NCBI GenBank assembly: GCA_965217115.1
Contig: OZ244239.1
Span: 288,001-352,000 of the forward strand
Reading direction: 5' to 3'
Source of the DNA: Bdellovibrionales bacterium
Lineage (GTDB): Bacteria > Bdellovibrionota > Bdellovibrionia > Bdellovibrionales > CAYMLA01
Length of the DNA stretch: 64,000 bases
In this document: positions 30,218 through 39,930 of the stretch, piece by piece
Numbering within the stretch: the first letter of the stretch is position 1
How the letters are laid out: each line of letters begins with the position of its first letter
Program-made: the position numbers and the translations under genes
Notes under the pieces: generated by a model
Databases searched by the model: none
What the model saw: only the letters and a program-made list of their open reading frames with translations
What the model was told of the DNA's origin: nothing

Positions 30218-31954
30218 ATGATGAGCAAAGATATTCCCTCCCTATTTTCAACCCTTCTCACCAGTGGCTCTTTAGCCCTCGGAGTGGCCCATTTAGGGTT
30301 GACTGGTTGCTCGGCGAAAATAGATCAGGAGCCCGCCACCATCATCAAAATCGTCCACCCTAAACCCACCCAGAAAAAGCTGCGCAGTGATTTGTTTGCA
30401 GCCGTTCTCAAAAAAGATTACGACTCCGTGGAACAACTGATCCAAAGAGAAGTTGATGTTAATTCCTATGACAGACACGGTCACACCCCGCTTATGCGTG
30501 CCGTGCAACAGAGGGAGATCATCATCGTCCAGCTTCTGTTAAAAGCTGGCGCAAAAATCTATCAAAAACAACGAGATCACTCAGACACGGTTTTAGATCT
30601 TCTCGAATCCGACGGCAATATCAAAAAAACCGTTAAAGAACATGAACACGCCCTCCTCCTTAAATTGCAAGAACAGCTCGAAGGGCAGGAATTTGCCCAG
30701 GCCCTCACCCTCACCCAAGGGCAGTTTATCCCCATAAATTCAATTCTGCCCAGTAAGAGAGATCTATTGGACACCACGCTTATCTCCATCAGGGATCGCC
30801 CTGAACGGGCTAAGGACTATGTTGCTTTTCTTCTAGAAAATCTAACTGACGATAGGGCGCTGCTCTACAAGAACTACAAAAACCTCATGGTTTTCATCTC
30901 CTCCACACAGGACAGGGAACTCCTAAAAACCGTTGTTCTAAAAACCGTCAATACGTCCCTTCAAACCCTGCCGAGGGGTCACTCCTATGAAAAATATTAT
31001 TTCTTCAATTCACAGGATCACGATCACATTCAGTGGTTTCTGTTCAAGTTAAAACTCTTAAAAAAATACAACTTCACCCATCGAACATTCTTCTTAAGAG
31101 ATATCATCTCCCCCCAGCCTGAAACGGTTTTCTTAAACGAACACATTCTAAAGGTGATCGAGAAGATCACTCTCACCGAATTAAGCTCCTTCTACGAACT
31201 CTTGGAGGTAACAGCCCAGTACCTGCGAGAGGATCTGTCTCTTCTAAAGGCGAAGTACCATCCTGAAAAACTCAACTCCCCTGAGTTGAATGTCCTGAGA
31301 CAGGAAGATCTTAGACGCATGCAAGGGCGAGTGAACCATCACTTCAACGATATTCTCTGGGTGATGTTGGAAAATTCAAGGGAAGATCTTCTATTTACTG
31401 ATGCTGTTTCCAAAACCATCGACATTTGGAAAAAAATAGGTCTTCAAGACATCGGCATTCAAGCTTCAGTGTTCTCTAAGGAAGATAAGGATTTAAAAAA
31501 TCTCGACCAAGCCGTTCTTATTATATTAAAAAGCTTTTACTTTAAAAAACATGATTTTGAAGAGATTCACAGAATCATTGATGATCTAGAGCTTTTCTAC
31601 AACGCCTCTAAAAAATTCAACACAGAGAGTGTTCTCTATGTTTCAAACAGCCAAATAAAAAAAGGGCCAAAAAAACAACTCATTGAGAAACTGATTGTAA
31701 ATACGGAAACCGTCTCTCCACAACAAATAGAGCAACTCTTTAGGGTCAGGCACCTACGGACAATCACCTGGCTATTAGAGTCACACCTGGAATTCTCTCA
31801 CATCAATCTCCTGGCCACCTACGCGTACAGACACATCACAATCGCCAGTGAGCGGGGTAAAATCATTAATTTACTCAAGATGAAGGGTTACAACCCTCCT
31901 AAAACAAAGACAACGTGTATCAAAAGCGCTAACCCAAACATAGACTGTCGCTAA
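30218..31954 (+). CDS. Ankyrin-repeat putative lipoprotein
   Basis: LTGC lipobox-like motif; DVNSYDRHGHTPLMRAV...IVQLLLKAGA; start uncertain (30176-30221). Confidence 0.8.
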   Translation: MMSKDIPSLFSTLLTSGSLALGVAHLGLTGCSAKIDQEPATIIKIVHPKPTQKKLRSDLFAAVLKKDYDSVEQLIQREVDVNSYDRHGHTPLMRAVQQREIIIVQLLLKAGAKIYQKQRDHSDTVLDLLESDGNIKKTVKEHEHALLLKLQEQLEGQEFAQALTLTQGQFIPINSILPSKRDLLDTTLISIRDRPERAKDYVAFLLENLTDDRALLYKNYKNLMVFISSTQDRELLKTVVLKTVNTSLQTLPRGHSYEKYYFFNSQDHDHIQWFLFKLKLLKKYNFTHRTFFLRDIISPQPETVFLNEHILKVIEKITLTELSSFYELLEVTAQYLREDLSLLKAKYHPEKLNSPELNVLRQEDLRRMQGRVNHHFNDILWVMLENSREDLLFTDAVSKTIDIWKKIGLQDIGIQASVFSKEDKDLKNLDQAVLIILKSFYFKKHDFEEIHRIIDDLELFYNASKKFNTESVLYVSNSQIKKGPKKQLIEKLIVNTETVSPQQIEQLFRVRHLRTITWLLESHLEFSHINLLATYAYRHITIASERGKIINLLKMKGYNPPKTKTTCIKSANPNIDCR

Positions 31955-32415
31955 TCAAATATTTTCCTTAAAGTCTCGATACGACAGGACAGGTTTAACA
32001 AACGCTCCTTCACCGCACTTAAGCCCTCAGTTGAAACAGTGGCCTTTTGGTATTCCTGTTCCACGTTCTCGCGCAGGCCCTTCATTGAAGCTCCACGCAA
32101 GGCCGTCCTAGCGCCTTCAATTGAAAAACGATCTCGATGTAAAAGCTTGCGAATAAGAAACGCCCACTCTATATCCTTACGTGTATAAACTCTCTGCCCC
32201 GTTTTTGATTTTTTAGGACGCAACATCGAAAACTCCGTCTCCCAAAAACGCAACACATACTGTTTCACTCCTAAAAGCTCCGCCGCCTCACCAATCTTAA
32301 ACGTCAGCCTAACTGGAATAGATCCAAACTCTTTAACTAATTTCTCATCCCACAGAGTTCCCAGTGACGATGAAAGTTGATCCGACTGGCCTAATTCAAT
32401 AAAATCCGTTTCCAT
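31951..32415 (-). CDS. MerR family transcriptional regulator
   Basis: FKIGEAAELLGVKQYVLRFWETEF, GQRVY; usual position after ihfA. Confidence 0.92.
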   Translation of the reverse strand: METDFIELGQSDQLSSSLGTLWDEKLVKEFGSIPVRLTFKIGEAAELLGVKQYVLRFWETEFSMLRPKKSKTGQRVYTRKDIEWAFLIRKLLHRDRFSIEGARTALRGASMKGLRENVEQEYQKATVSTEGLSAVKERLLNLSCRIETLRKIFD

Positions 32416-32430
32416 TGCATTTCCCCCGAA

Positions 32431-32775
32431 TTATAGTTTGTCTAAGTCTTCCACGACGTTGCTAATATCTTCCCCATTGAGCATAGCCTTCAAAACTTGG
32501 CTTGGACGAAACGTCAAAACTTTACGGGCACTGATCGTAATTTGATCACCCGTCTGTGGATTACGACCCACACGGGCCTTCTTCTCACGAACAATGAAAT
32601 TACCAAAGCCAGATATTTTTACCTTATCCCCTTCAGACAAAACATCCTTAAGGCTCTCAAAAACCATCTCCACAAATTCAGAGGCCTCTTTCTTAGAGAA
32701 ACCAATCTTTTGATAAACTTGCTCAACAATATCAGCCTTCGTCACTGTTGATTTTCCCAAATTCTGACCCGCCAT
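32431..32775 (-). CDS. ihfA: Integration host factor alpha
   Basis: VTKADIVE, VKISGFGNF, GRNPQTG; after pheT. Confidence 0.93.
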   Translation of the reverse strand: MAGQNLGKSTVTKADIVEQVYQKIGFSKKEASEFVEMVFESLKDVLSEGDKVKISGFGNFIVREKKARVGRNPQTGDQITISARKVLTFRPSQVLKAMLNGEDISNVVEDLDKL

Positions 32776-32849
32776 TCTAATGTCCCCTTAAACAACTTTT
32801 TACCTGATCACCTCTTTAGGCTACCAAGTCCCTGAAAACTTTCAAGATT

Positions 32850-35330
32850 TTATCTTATGCCAATGGAAAATTTTTCTCCTACTGCCGATAAAATCCTGTT
32901 CTGTAGCTCTACCAGCCTCTCTTCATCCAACGTACCCGTCCCATCTTGATACTCCATGCGAAATCCCACGGACCTTTGTCCTGTCTCTAGATTCGTGCCT
33001 TCATAAATATCAAACACTTCCACCTCTTTAAGCACCTTACCACATATCTTTTTAATCACCTGAGCCACATCCATGACTGCAAGGTTCACTGGCATAACCA
33101 GAGCTAGATCCCTCTTCACCACAGGAAATTTAGAGATATCCCTAACCTTATTCACCCGGGGCTGACGCACGGACAAGAGGTCTAAATCCAACTCCGCCAC
33201 AGCGACATCTCCACGTAATTTCCATTCTGATTTTAAACGCGGGTGCAGAGTGCCAACACAGCCGACCCTCTTCCCTTCACATTTTAGAACTGTTCTCTGA
33301 CCCGAGTGTAAAAACTCTAACCCAGCGTCAAACAAACTCTCTGGCTCTTGCAGCCAAGTCCAAGAAGAAATACCCAGCATAGATAATAATTTTTCAATCG
33401 CAGATTTTAATTCAAACACCACGGGAAAACCATCACTCTTCTGCCAAACAGAACTTCCCTGACCCCAAGAGGCAAAAGCCAAGCGAGCAGATTCCTTATA
33501 ATCCCCGTCTCCCTGTTGACAAAAAACAAAACCCGTCTCAAACAAACGGCCATAGGAATTACCGTAACTATTATTAAAAGAGAGATTTTTTAACAACCCT
33601 GGAATCAATGACATACGCATCACATTTAACTCTTCACTCAAAGGGTTGCGCACCCTCACCACTCCATCGACACCTGCATTCCCTAATATTTTTTCCTGAA
33701 ATTCTGAAGAGACAAAAGCATAATTCAGCGCCTGTCTATAACCCAACGACACCAACCCATCGGCCACTCGGTTATGAAAAACAAAACCTCCGTGGTTAGG
33801 CTTAGGGCTGATATTCATTAATGGCAAAGTCTCAGGGATCTTATCGTAACCCTGCAAACGGGCCACTTCCTCCACCAAATCCATATCCAGCGAAATATCC
33901 CAGCGGTACAATGGAGGCAACACTTGAATAAAACCCTCACGAGCTTGCACGACCTCACAACCCACCCGTCTAAGACAATCCTCCACGTCCTCTTGGGAGA
34001 CATGGAAACCCAACCTCTCACCCACATAGTTTACACTCAACTCAATAGGCTCTCTTTTCAAAGGCTCAGGGTAATGATCGTGATGATCGCAATAAGCCTC
34101 TCCACCTGCCACATCCAAAATTAACTGACAAGCTCTATCCAGAGCCTGTCCCGCCACATCTGGATTCACTCCACGGGAGAAGCGATAGGCCGAGTCCGTT
34201 TCAATACCAAATCGTTTAGATGTTTTGCGAACCGTTGCTGGAGCAAAATAAGCCGACTCAATGAAAAGATCACAGCTGTCATCCTTAACTCCCGAATTCA
34301 ACCCACCAATAACTCCAGCCAGAGCCACCGCCTGTTGATTCCCGTCTCGAATCAGCAACTCCTCACCAGTTAATTTAATTTCCGTTCCATCCAAGGTGAC
34401 AAATTCTTCATCCTTAGAAGACATGTTAACGATGATCTTTTGTCTCTGTAAAAAACGCATATCAAAAGCATGGAGAGGTTGCCCTAATTCCAACATCACA
34501 TAATTCGTAACATCCACCACATTATTGATCGAATTAATTCCCACCGACTCTAATCTCTGACGCAACCACGCAGGACTCTGGGCAACCTTAACTCCTTTCA
34601 CCACACGCCCTGCATAACGTAAACAGAGATCCGTCGCGCGCACATCTAACGCCATCTCTTTTTTCGTCGAATGATCCACCGTTTGCAAAACCGGTTCTTC
34701 ACCAGATTCAACAGAGCACGGACGGCCCAATTGAGGTTGCCGTAGCGGTCGATCTTTTAGAAGGCAGGAGACCTCCCTCGCCAAACCATAATGGCTCAAA
34801 CAATCCGCTCGATTGGGAGTGACCTTTAACTCAAAAACCACATCATCAAAACCAAAATACTCAGCTGCCGATTGGCCCACTAAGATCTCCACATCGGCCT
34901 TGGCTTGAAGAATAATGATTCCTCCACTGCCGTCATCATCCATGCCCAATTCTTCCATCGAGCAAAGCATACCACTGGACTCAACTTCACGTATCTTCGA
35001 ACGTTTGATTTTAAAATCACCCGGCAACACAGCTCCGGGAAGAGCCACAATCACCAAGTCATCGACATGATGATTCTTCGCCCCACACACAATGGTGTGG
35101 CACACACCCTCACCCGTCATCACCTGACAAACGCTTAACTTGTCAGCATCAGGATGTTGGTTCTTTTCTAAAATCTGCCCCACCACCACATGTTCAAAAT
35201 TCTTCGCTCGATCCTCTATCTGCTCAACCTCTAAGCCACCAGCAGTCAGAACAGCCGCCAACTTTTCAGGATTCAAAAAGAATTCTTGTACATCTACATA
35301 TTGATTTAACCACTTAAGAGAAATTTTCAT
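32850..35330 (-). CDS. pheT: Phenylalanine-tRNA ligase beta subunit
   Basis: HPDADKL, TPNRADCLS, NNVVDVTNY, RFSRG, SKFPVVKRD. Confidence 0.98.
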   Translation of the reverse strand: MKISLKWLNQYVDVQEFFLNPEKLAAVLTAGGLEVEQIEDRAKNFEHVVVGQILEKNQHPDADKLSVCQVMTGEGVCHTIVCGAKNHHVDDLVIVALPGAVLPGDFKIKRSKIREVESSGMLCSMEELGMDDDGSGGIIILQAKADVEILVGQSAAEYFGFDDVVFELKVTPNRADCLSHYGLAREVSCLLKDRPLRQPQLGRPCSVESGEEPVLQTVDHSTKKEMALDVRATDLCLRYAGRVVKGVKVAQSPAWLRQRLESVGINSINNVVDVTNYVMLELGQPLHAFDMRFLQRQKIIVNMSSKDEEFVTLDGTEIKLTGEELLIRDGNQQAVALAGVIGGLNSGVKDDSCDLFIESAYFAPATVRKTSKRFGIETDSAYRFSRGVNPDVAGQALDRACQLILDVAGGEAYCDHHDHYPEPLKREPIELSVNYVGERLGFHVSQEDVEDCLRRVGCEVVQAREGFIQVLPPLYRWDISLDMDLVEEVARLQGYDKIPETLPLMNISPKPNHGGFVFHNRVADGLVSLGYRQALNYAFVSSEFQEKILGNAGVDGVVRVRNPLSEELNVMRMSLIPGLLKNLSFNNSYGNSYGRLFETGFVFCQQGDGDYKESARLAFASWGQGSSVWQKSDGFPVVFELKSAIEKLLSMLGISSWTWLQEPESLFDAGLEFLHSGQRTVLKCEGKRVGCVGTLHPRLKSEWKLRGDVAVAELDLDLLSVRQPRVNKVRDISKFPVVKRDLALVMPVNLAVMDVAQVIKKICGKVLKEVEVFDIYEGTNLETGQRSVGFRMEYQDGTGTLDEERLVELQNRILSAVGEKFSIGIR

Positions 35331-35345
35331 AAAACTGCATCCAAA

Positions 35346-36362
35346 TTAAAATTGCTCTAGAAAACGCACATCGTTCTCACTGAATAAACGAATATCTTCA
35401 ATTCCATATTTTATAATAGCCATCCTTTCAATACCAAAACCAAAAGCAAAGCCCTGCCATTTTTCAGGATCGATCTTCACCGCATTAAAGACATTAGGAT
35501 TCACCAATCCACAGCCACCGATCTCTATCCACCCCGAGTGACCACACATTCGACAGCCCTCATCACAAATTGGACAAGAACAATCAAACTCTGCCGAAGG
35601 TTCTGTAAAAGGAAAGAAGCTTGGGCGAAAACGCGTTTGTATTTTCTCACCAAAAAAGGCTTGCATAAAATAAGTGATTGTTCCTTTTAAATCCGCCATA
35701 GAAACTTTCTTATCTACAAGCAGGGCCTCGATTTGATGAAAGTTCGGCGAGTGGGACACATCACTATCACAACGAAACACAGAACCAGGCGCTATCACTC
35801 GCAAGGGCAATTTCCCCTGTTCCAACGCATGAATTTGTACAGGGCTGGTGTGAGTTCTTAAAACATGGCTATCATCAATATAGAAAGTATCTTGCATATC
35901 TCTAGCGGGATGATCTCCCGGAATGTTTAAAGCTTCAAAATTATACCAATCACTCTCAATCAAAGGACCTGAGTGAACGCTGTATCCAAGACGTCCAAGA
36001 ATTTCGACCACTTCATTAATCACTAAACTCACAGGGTGGCGGCTTCCCAAGGACATAAAAGCCCCAGGTAACGTCATGTCTATTTTCTCTTTAGACATTT
36101 TCTCTTGCAGCTCTCTCTCCACGAAAGACTTCTCTAAACTATTATAAAGATCTTCAGCCTCCCGCTTAGCTCCATTGACCAGTTGGCCAAAGGCAGGTCT
36201 CTCATCCTTGGGAATTTTACCCATCCCCCGCATAAGCAGAGACAATTGACCACTTTTTCCCAAGTACTCAACCTTGAGGTCATAGAGCTCTTTTGACGAT
36301 CCGGCACCCTTGAAGGCCTGTAGCGCTGCTTCCTTAACTTCTTCTATTTCTACTTTTGACAT
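35346..36362 (-). CDS. pheS: Phenylalanine-tRNA ligase alpha subunit
   Basis: [37 protein letters not shown]. Confidence 0.99.
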   Translation of the reverse strand: MSKVEIEEVKEAALQAFKGAGSSKELYDLKVEYLGKSGQLSLLMRGMGKIPKDERPAFGQLVNGAKREAEDLYNSLEKSFVERELQEKMSKEKIDMTLPGAFMSLGSRHPVSLVINEVVEILGRLGYSVHSGPLIESDWYNFEALNIPGDHPARDMQDTFYIDDSHVLRTHTSPVQIHALEQGKLPLRVIAPGSVFRCDSDVSHSPNFHQIEALLVDKKVSMADLKGTITYFMQAFFGEKIQTRFRPSFFPFTEPSAEFDCSCPICDEGCRMCGHSGWIEIGGCGLVNPNVFNAVKIDPEKWQGFAFGFGIERMAIIKYGIEDIRLFSENDVRFLEQF

Positions 36363-36459
36363 AGTCCACTACTATTGTATAATCCACTTGTTTTCTCAAA
36401 CACTTAGGGTTTTTAACGCGATTTGACATAATCTTCGGAAAGAGCTAAGGTCAGCCGCC

Positions 36460-37260
36460 ATGGCCCATAAGAATAGGAAAAATTACAGCCCTTACAAAGC
36501 CCGCAGACAAGAGCAGGGGGAGTCGGTTCTTCATGGTCATGACAGTCGTCATCACAAAAAACCAGAGATCATCTACTCCCTGAATGAAGCCAATGATCGA
36601 ATCTACGATATTTTCCGTAACCATGGCCTAAAAGATTTCCCCCACGATAAAAGACTCCTTCTCGCCCAGTTCTACCAGCTCCTGATGGAAAACCAACAGA
36701 GACAAAACTTCACCCGTCTGCTAAAATTAAAAGACATCGCTATAAAGCACTTTGTCGACTCCCTTATTGTCTCTGAACTCACCGACTTGTGCTTTCCTCT
36801 AATGGATGTCGGGACAGGGCCAGGGGTTCCTGGAATCCCCCTCAAAATTCAACATCCTGATAGAGAGATCATCCTCGCCGAAGGCGTACAAAAAAGAGTT
36901 TCTTTTTTAAAGGAAGTCAGAGAGCAAATGAACCTCAAAGAACTGAACATCATCGGTCGCAACATCAATGAAGATTTCATGTACCCCGTTCAAGGAGTTA
37001 TCACCCGTGCCGTAGAGGACATCCCCAACACTCTCCGCAACGTCAGTCAATGCCTGCAAACTGGCGGCAAGGTCTTTCTAATGAAAGGGCCTGCCGTGGA
37101 TCATGAGATTAAAATGTTCCAAGACAGTCCATGGACTCAGTACTACAAACTCACAGAAGACCACTCTTATACAATTATAAACACACCCCATAAACGACGG
37201 CTTGTTGTTTTCCAAAAAATACGACAGGTTGACTTAGCACACCTAAGCAGCCAGCTATAA
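36460..37260 (+). CDS. rsmG: 16S rRNA m7G527 methyltransferase RsmG (GidB) family
   Basis: NFTRL, KHFVDSL, DVGTGPGVPGIPL, TRAV, MKG. Confidence 0.85.
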   Translation: MAHKNRKNYSPYKARRQEQGESVLHGHDSRHHKKPEIIYSLNEANDRIYDIFRNHGLKDFPHDKRLLLAQFYQLLMENQQRQNFTRLLKLKDIAIKHFVDSLIVSELTDLCFPLMDVGTGPGVPGIPLKIQHPDREIILAEGVQKRVSFLKEVREQMNLKELNIIGRNINEDFMYPVQGVITRAVEDIPNTLRNVSQCLQTGGKVFLMKGPAVDHEIKMFQDSPWTQYYKLTEDHSYTIINTPHKRRLVVFQKIRQVDLAHLSSQL

Positions 37261-37298
37261 AGCTTAATCCATAAGACTTAATCCATAAGGCTTAATCT
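37257..37298 (+). repeat. Three tandem 14-bp imperfect repeats
   Basis: ataaagcttaatcc / ataagacttaatcc / ataaggcttaatct. Confidence 0.85.
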
Positions 37299-38102
37299 AT
37301 GAATTCTATCACCAGCCCTCAAAATGAAAAGTTCAAAACATGGCTCTCCTTACTCGACAGTAAGAACAACAGCAAAAAGGGCATCAAGAGGCATCAGCTC
37401 TTTATTCTATCTGGCCCCAAAGTCGTTAATGAAACACTTCTCTACCATCAAAACTCTGTTGTTAGCGTTCTACATTCAGAAAAAAATCAGCCTGATAGAG
37501 GACAAACTCAACACTATCAAGATAAGCACTTTCTACTTGAAAATAAACTCTTTAAGGAGCTTGATGTTTTCGGCACTGATTCAACACTCCTAGTCTGTCA
37601 GACACCCACCCTTCATCTATGGGATTCACAGTCATCTCCTGAAGGGCTAGAAATCCTCTGCCCACTCGGTGATCCACGGAACCTTGGCGCAGTCGTGCGA
37701 ACCTGTGCGGCTTTCGGTGTCAGTAAACTCATACTACTCCAAGAGAGCTGCTCTGTGTTTCTACCTAAAAGTCTGCGCGCTGCCAGTGGGCAGATATGGA
37801 ATGTGCCCCTCTATCAAGGCCCTTCTCTACATGACATGACCAACGGATCATCTCCTAACAAATCACCTAATAACCACTCACTCACCGATCATGTTCTTAG
37901 CTTGGATATGCACGGGGAAAACATTCATCGGTTTCAATGGCCCAAGAACTGCCGTTTACTCATAGGAGAAGAAGGCCAAGGTGTTCCTAGAAATTTAAAA
38001 ACCCAACCCCTCTCCATACCTATGGAAGAATCAGTTGAATCACTCAATGCCGCCCACTGTATCAGTATTGCACTCAGCTCTTACTATTCTCAACACAAGT
38101 AA
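37299..38102 (+). CDS. TrmH/SpoU family RNA methyltransferase
   Basis: ITSPQN, DPRNLGAVVRT, GEEGQG, IPMEESVESLNAA. Confidence 0.92.
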   Translation: MNSITSPQNEKFKTWLSLLDSKNNSKKGIKRHQLFILSGPKVVNETLLYHQNSVVSVLHSEKNQPDRGQTQHYQDKHFLLENKLFKELDVFGTDSTLLVCQTPTLHLWDSQSSPEGLEILCPLGDPRNLGAVVRTCAAFGVSKLILLQESCSVFLPKSLRAASGQIWNVPLYQGPSLHDMTNGSSPNKSPNNHSLTDHVLSLDMHGENIHRFQWPKNCRLLIGEEGQGVPRNLKTQPLSIPMEESVESLNAAHCISIALSSYYSQHK

Positions 38103-38117
38103 TGGGAAAGAAAACAA

Positions 38118-38933
38118 TTACAGAGCCTTGCCTACTTCTTTTAAGAGGGCTATCACCTTATTGACTCCCTTTGTTCTCAACTTATCAGATCTAAATATTA
38201 ATGAGATCTCAACATTGGGACGAAATCTCTTAATCAAAACAAGCCCTCCTACACTCTCTTCCACTTGATTTGGCAGTAGGCCCATAAAATTATTCCCTTT
38301 CAAAACCGAATAGAGAACATTGTAGTCATTTAACTTCCTGGTTATGCATCGTGGGTATCTCGCCAATATTCTCTGGGCATGAATCATTAACGAATTGTAT
38401 AATATCGTCTCCCTCTCAGCACCATCCCTTGAATACAATCCAATAAACTCATCCCATAACTTGATCTTCACAATATCAGGGTAGGCTTTCACATCAGCCA
38501 CTATCGCTATATCTGATTCAAATTTCATCACACTTTCAACAGCATCTCTAGAATTCTCAAAACTATATTCAATGGAAATCCCACTTAAAGTAGACATTCT
38601 AGCTTCAAACTCTGGAATGATGTGTCTACCCAAAATGGGGTGTACAGAGATTTTATAATGACCATGAAGCCCATCTCTTAACCCCTTAGCATTCATCTCA
38701 GTATTTTTTAATTCTCTAATGATTTTGTTAAAACCTCTCTGGTAAACAGCGCCCTCTTCTGTCAATTTCAAACCCCTCGGAAGCCTCAGAAAAAGTTTTG
38801 CCCCAAGCTCCTCCTCCAGTGCCTTTATCTCACGGGACAAAGAGGGCTGTGAAACCCCTAAAAAATCAGCCGCCTTTGATATATTCAGATACTTGCATAC
38901 TGTAGAAAATACATTTATCTCTCTTATATCCAT
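38118..38933 (-). CDS. LysR family transcriptional regulator
   Basis: NISKAADFLGVSQPSLSREIKALEEELGAKLFLR HTH. Confidence 0.95.
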   Translation of the reverse strand: MDIREINVFSTVCKYLNISKAADFLGVSQPSLSREIKALEEELGAKLFLRLPRGLKLTEEGAVYQRGFNKIIRELKNTEMNAKGLRDGLHGHYKISVHPILGRHIIPEFEARMSTLSGISIEYSFENSRDAVESVMKFESDIAIVADVKAYPDIVKIKLWDEFIGLYSRDGAERETILYNSLMIHAQRILARYPRCITRKLNDYNVLYSVLKGNNFMGLLPNQVEESVGGLVLIKRFRPNVEISLIFRSDKLRTKGVNKVIALLKEVGKAL

Positions 38934-38944
38934 ACAAATAAGAT

Positions 38945-38978
38945 ATATCAGCTATTAGTATTCATGTATAGCTAATAT
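38945..38978. promoter_or_regulatory. Imperfect palindrome, candidate LysR operator
   Basis: atat-c-AGCTAT-N12-ATAGCT-a-atat; contains T-N11-A (38948-38960). Confidence 0.4.
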
Positions 38979-39071
38979 TTTGTTTTTTCTATAAACTCCT
39001 TTTTAAGAGATCAAGGGAGCCTACACTCTGGTCTTGCAACTATTAAATTTTTTCCTTAAGGAGGACATACC

Positions 39072-39488
39072 ATGAAAATCACACTTAACATCATTAAAAT
39101 TCTTAGCCTACTCTTCTTCTCTACATCAGCTATGGCAGCAGAACATCTTGTAGATATTAAAGCCTTTCAATTTGTTCCAAATGAAATTTCAGTGCAACCT
39201 GGAGATACGATCGTTTTTACAAATCGTGACAGCGCTCCCCATTCAGTCGTGCCCAAAGAAGATTCCTCTGGAGTATTTGAACCCAGTTCTGTTCTCTCCA
39301 CAGACGATCAATTCACCATGGAGATACCCAGTGAAATTAACAGTATTGAGGCTGGCTGTGGTGTGCACCCTCGTATGCCAAGTATTACAATCCTCATTGA
39401 GACAGAATCACAAGTTCTTCTTAAAGAAATCAGGCACAGACTGAATAAATTAGAAACTATTATTACAGCCAACGGGAAACGACTCTAA
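39072..39488 (+). CDS. Periplasmic type 1 copper protein (amicyanin/plastocyanin-like)
   Basis: Signal peptide AMA|A; F.P..I.VQPGDTIVFTNRDSAPHSV; CGVHPRM (C-x2-H-x2-M). Confidence 0.88.
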   Translation: MKITLNIIKILSLLFFSTSAMAAEHLVDIKAFQFVPNEISVQPGDTIVFTNRDSAPHSVVPKEDSSGVFEPSSVLSTDDQFTMEIPSEINSIEAGCGVHPRMPSITILIETESQVLLKEIRHRLNKLETIITANGKRL

Positions 39489-39489
39489 T

Positions 39490-39930
39490 ATGCTATCAGT
39501 CCTTCTACGAATGACGATTATGCCCTTTTTTATCTCTTTAATGTTAATCTCTTGCAGCCAGGAGCACATGTCATTGAGTGATTTAGAATCTCCAGGTGAT
39601 GAAGATATAAGCTTTAGCGAAGTTTATACAAAAATACTACAACCAAAATGTAGTACCTGTCACTCTGGAGCGGGGGCCCCCAAAGGGCTCGATATGATCA
39701 CTGAAAATAGCGCTTTTGAGAATCTGGTTAATCAATCCAGCCAAGATCGGTCTACTGTGCTACGGGTTTCTCCAGAGAATTCCAACCCTGAGAGTAGTTA
39801 CCTTATTGCAAAGATAATTTCTGACGACACCTCAAGAGATAATTCACGAATGCCTCTAGGTGGACCTTATTTAGAGGAAGAAGACATTAACTTTTTAAAA
39901 GAATGGATTAACTCTGGTGCGAAAAGATAA
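39490..39930 (+). CDS. Monoheme c-type cytochrome lipoprotein
   Basis: LISC lipobox; ILQPKCSTCH; RMP distal Met; EWINSGA. Confidence 0.82.
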   Translation: MLSVLLRMTIMPFFISLMLISCSQEHMSLSDLESPGDEDISFSEVYTKILQPKCSTCHSGAGAPKGLDMITENSAFENLVNQSSQDRSTVLRVSPENSNPESSYLIAKIISDDTSRDNSRMPLGGPYLEEEDINFLKEWINSGAKR

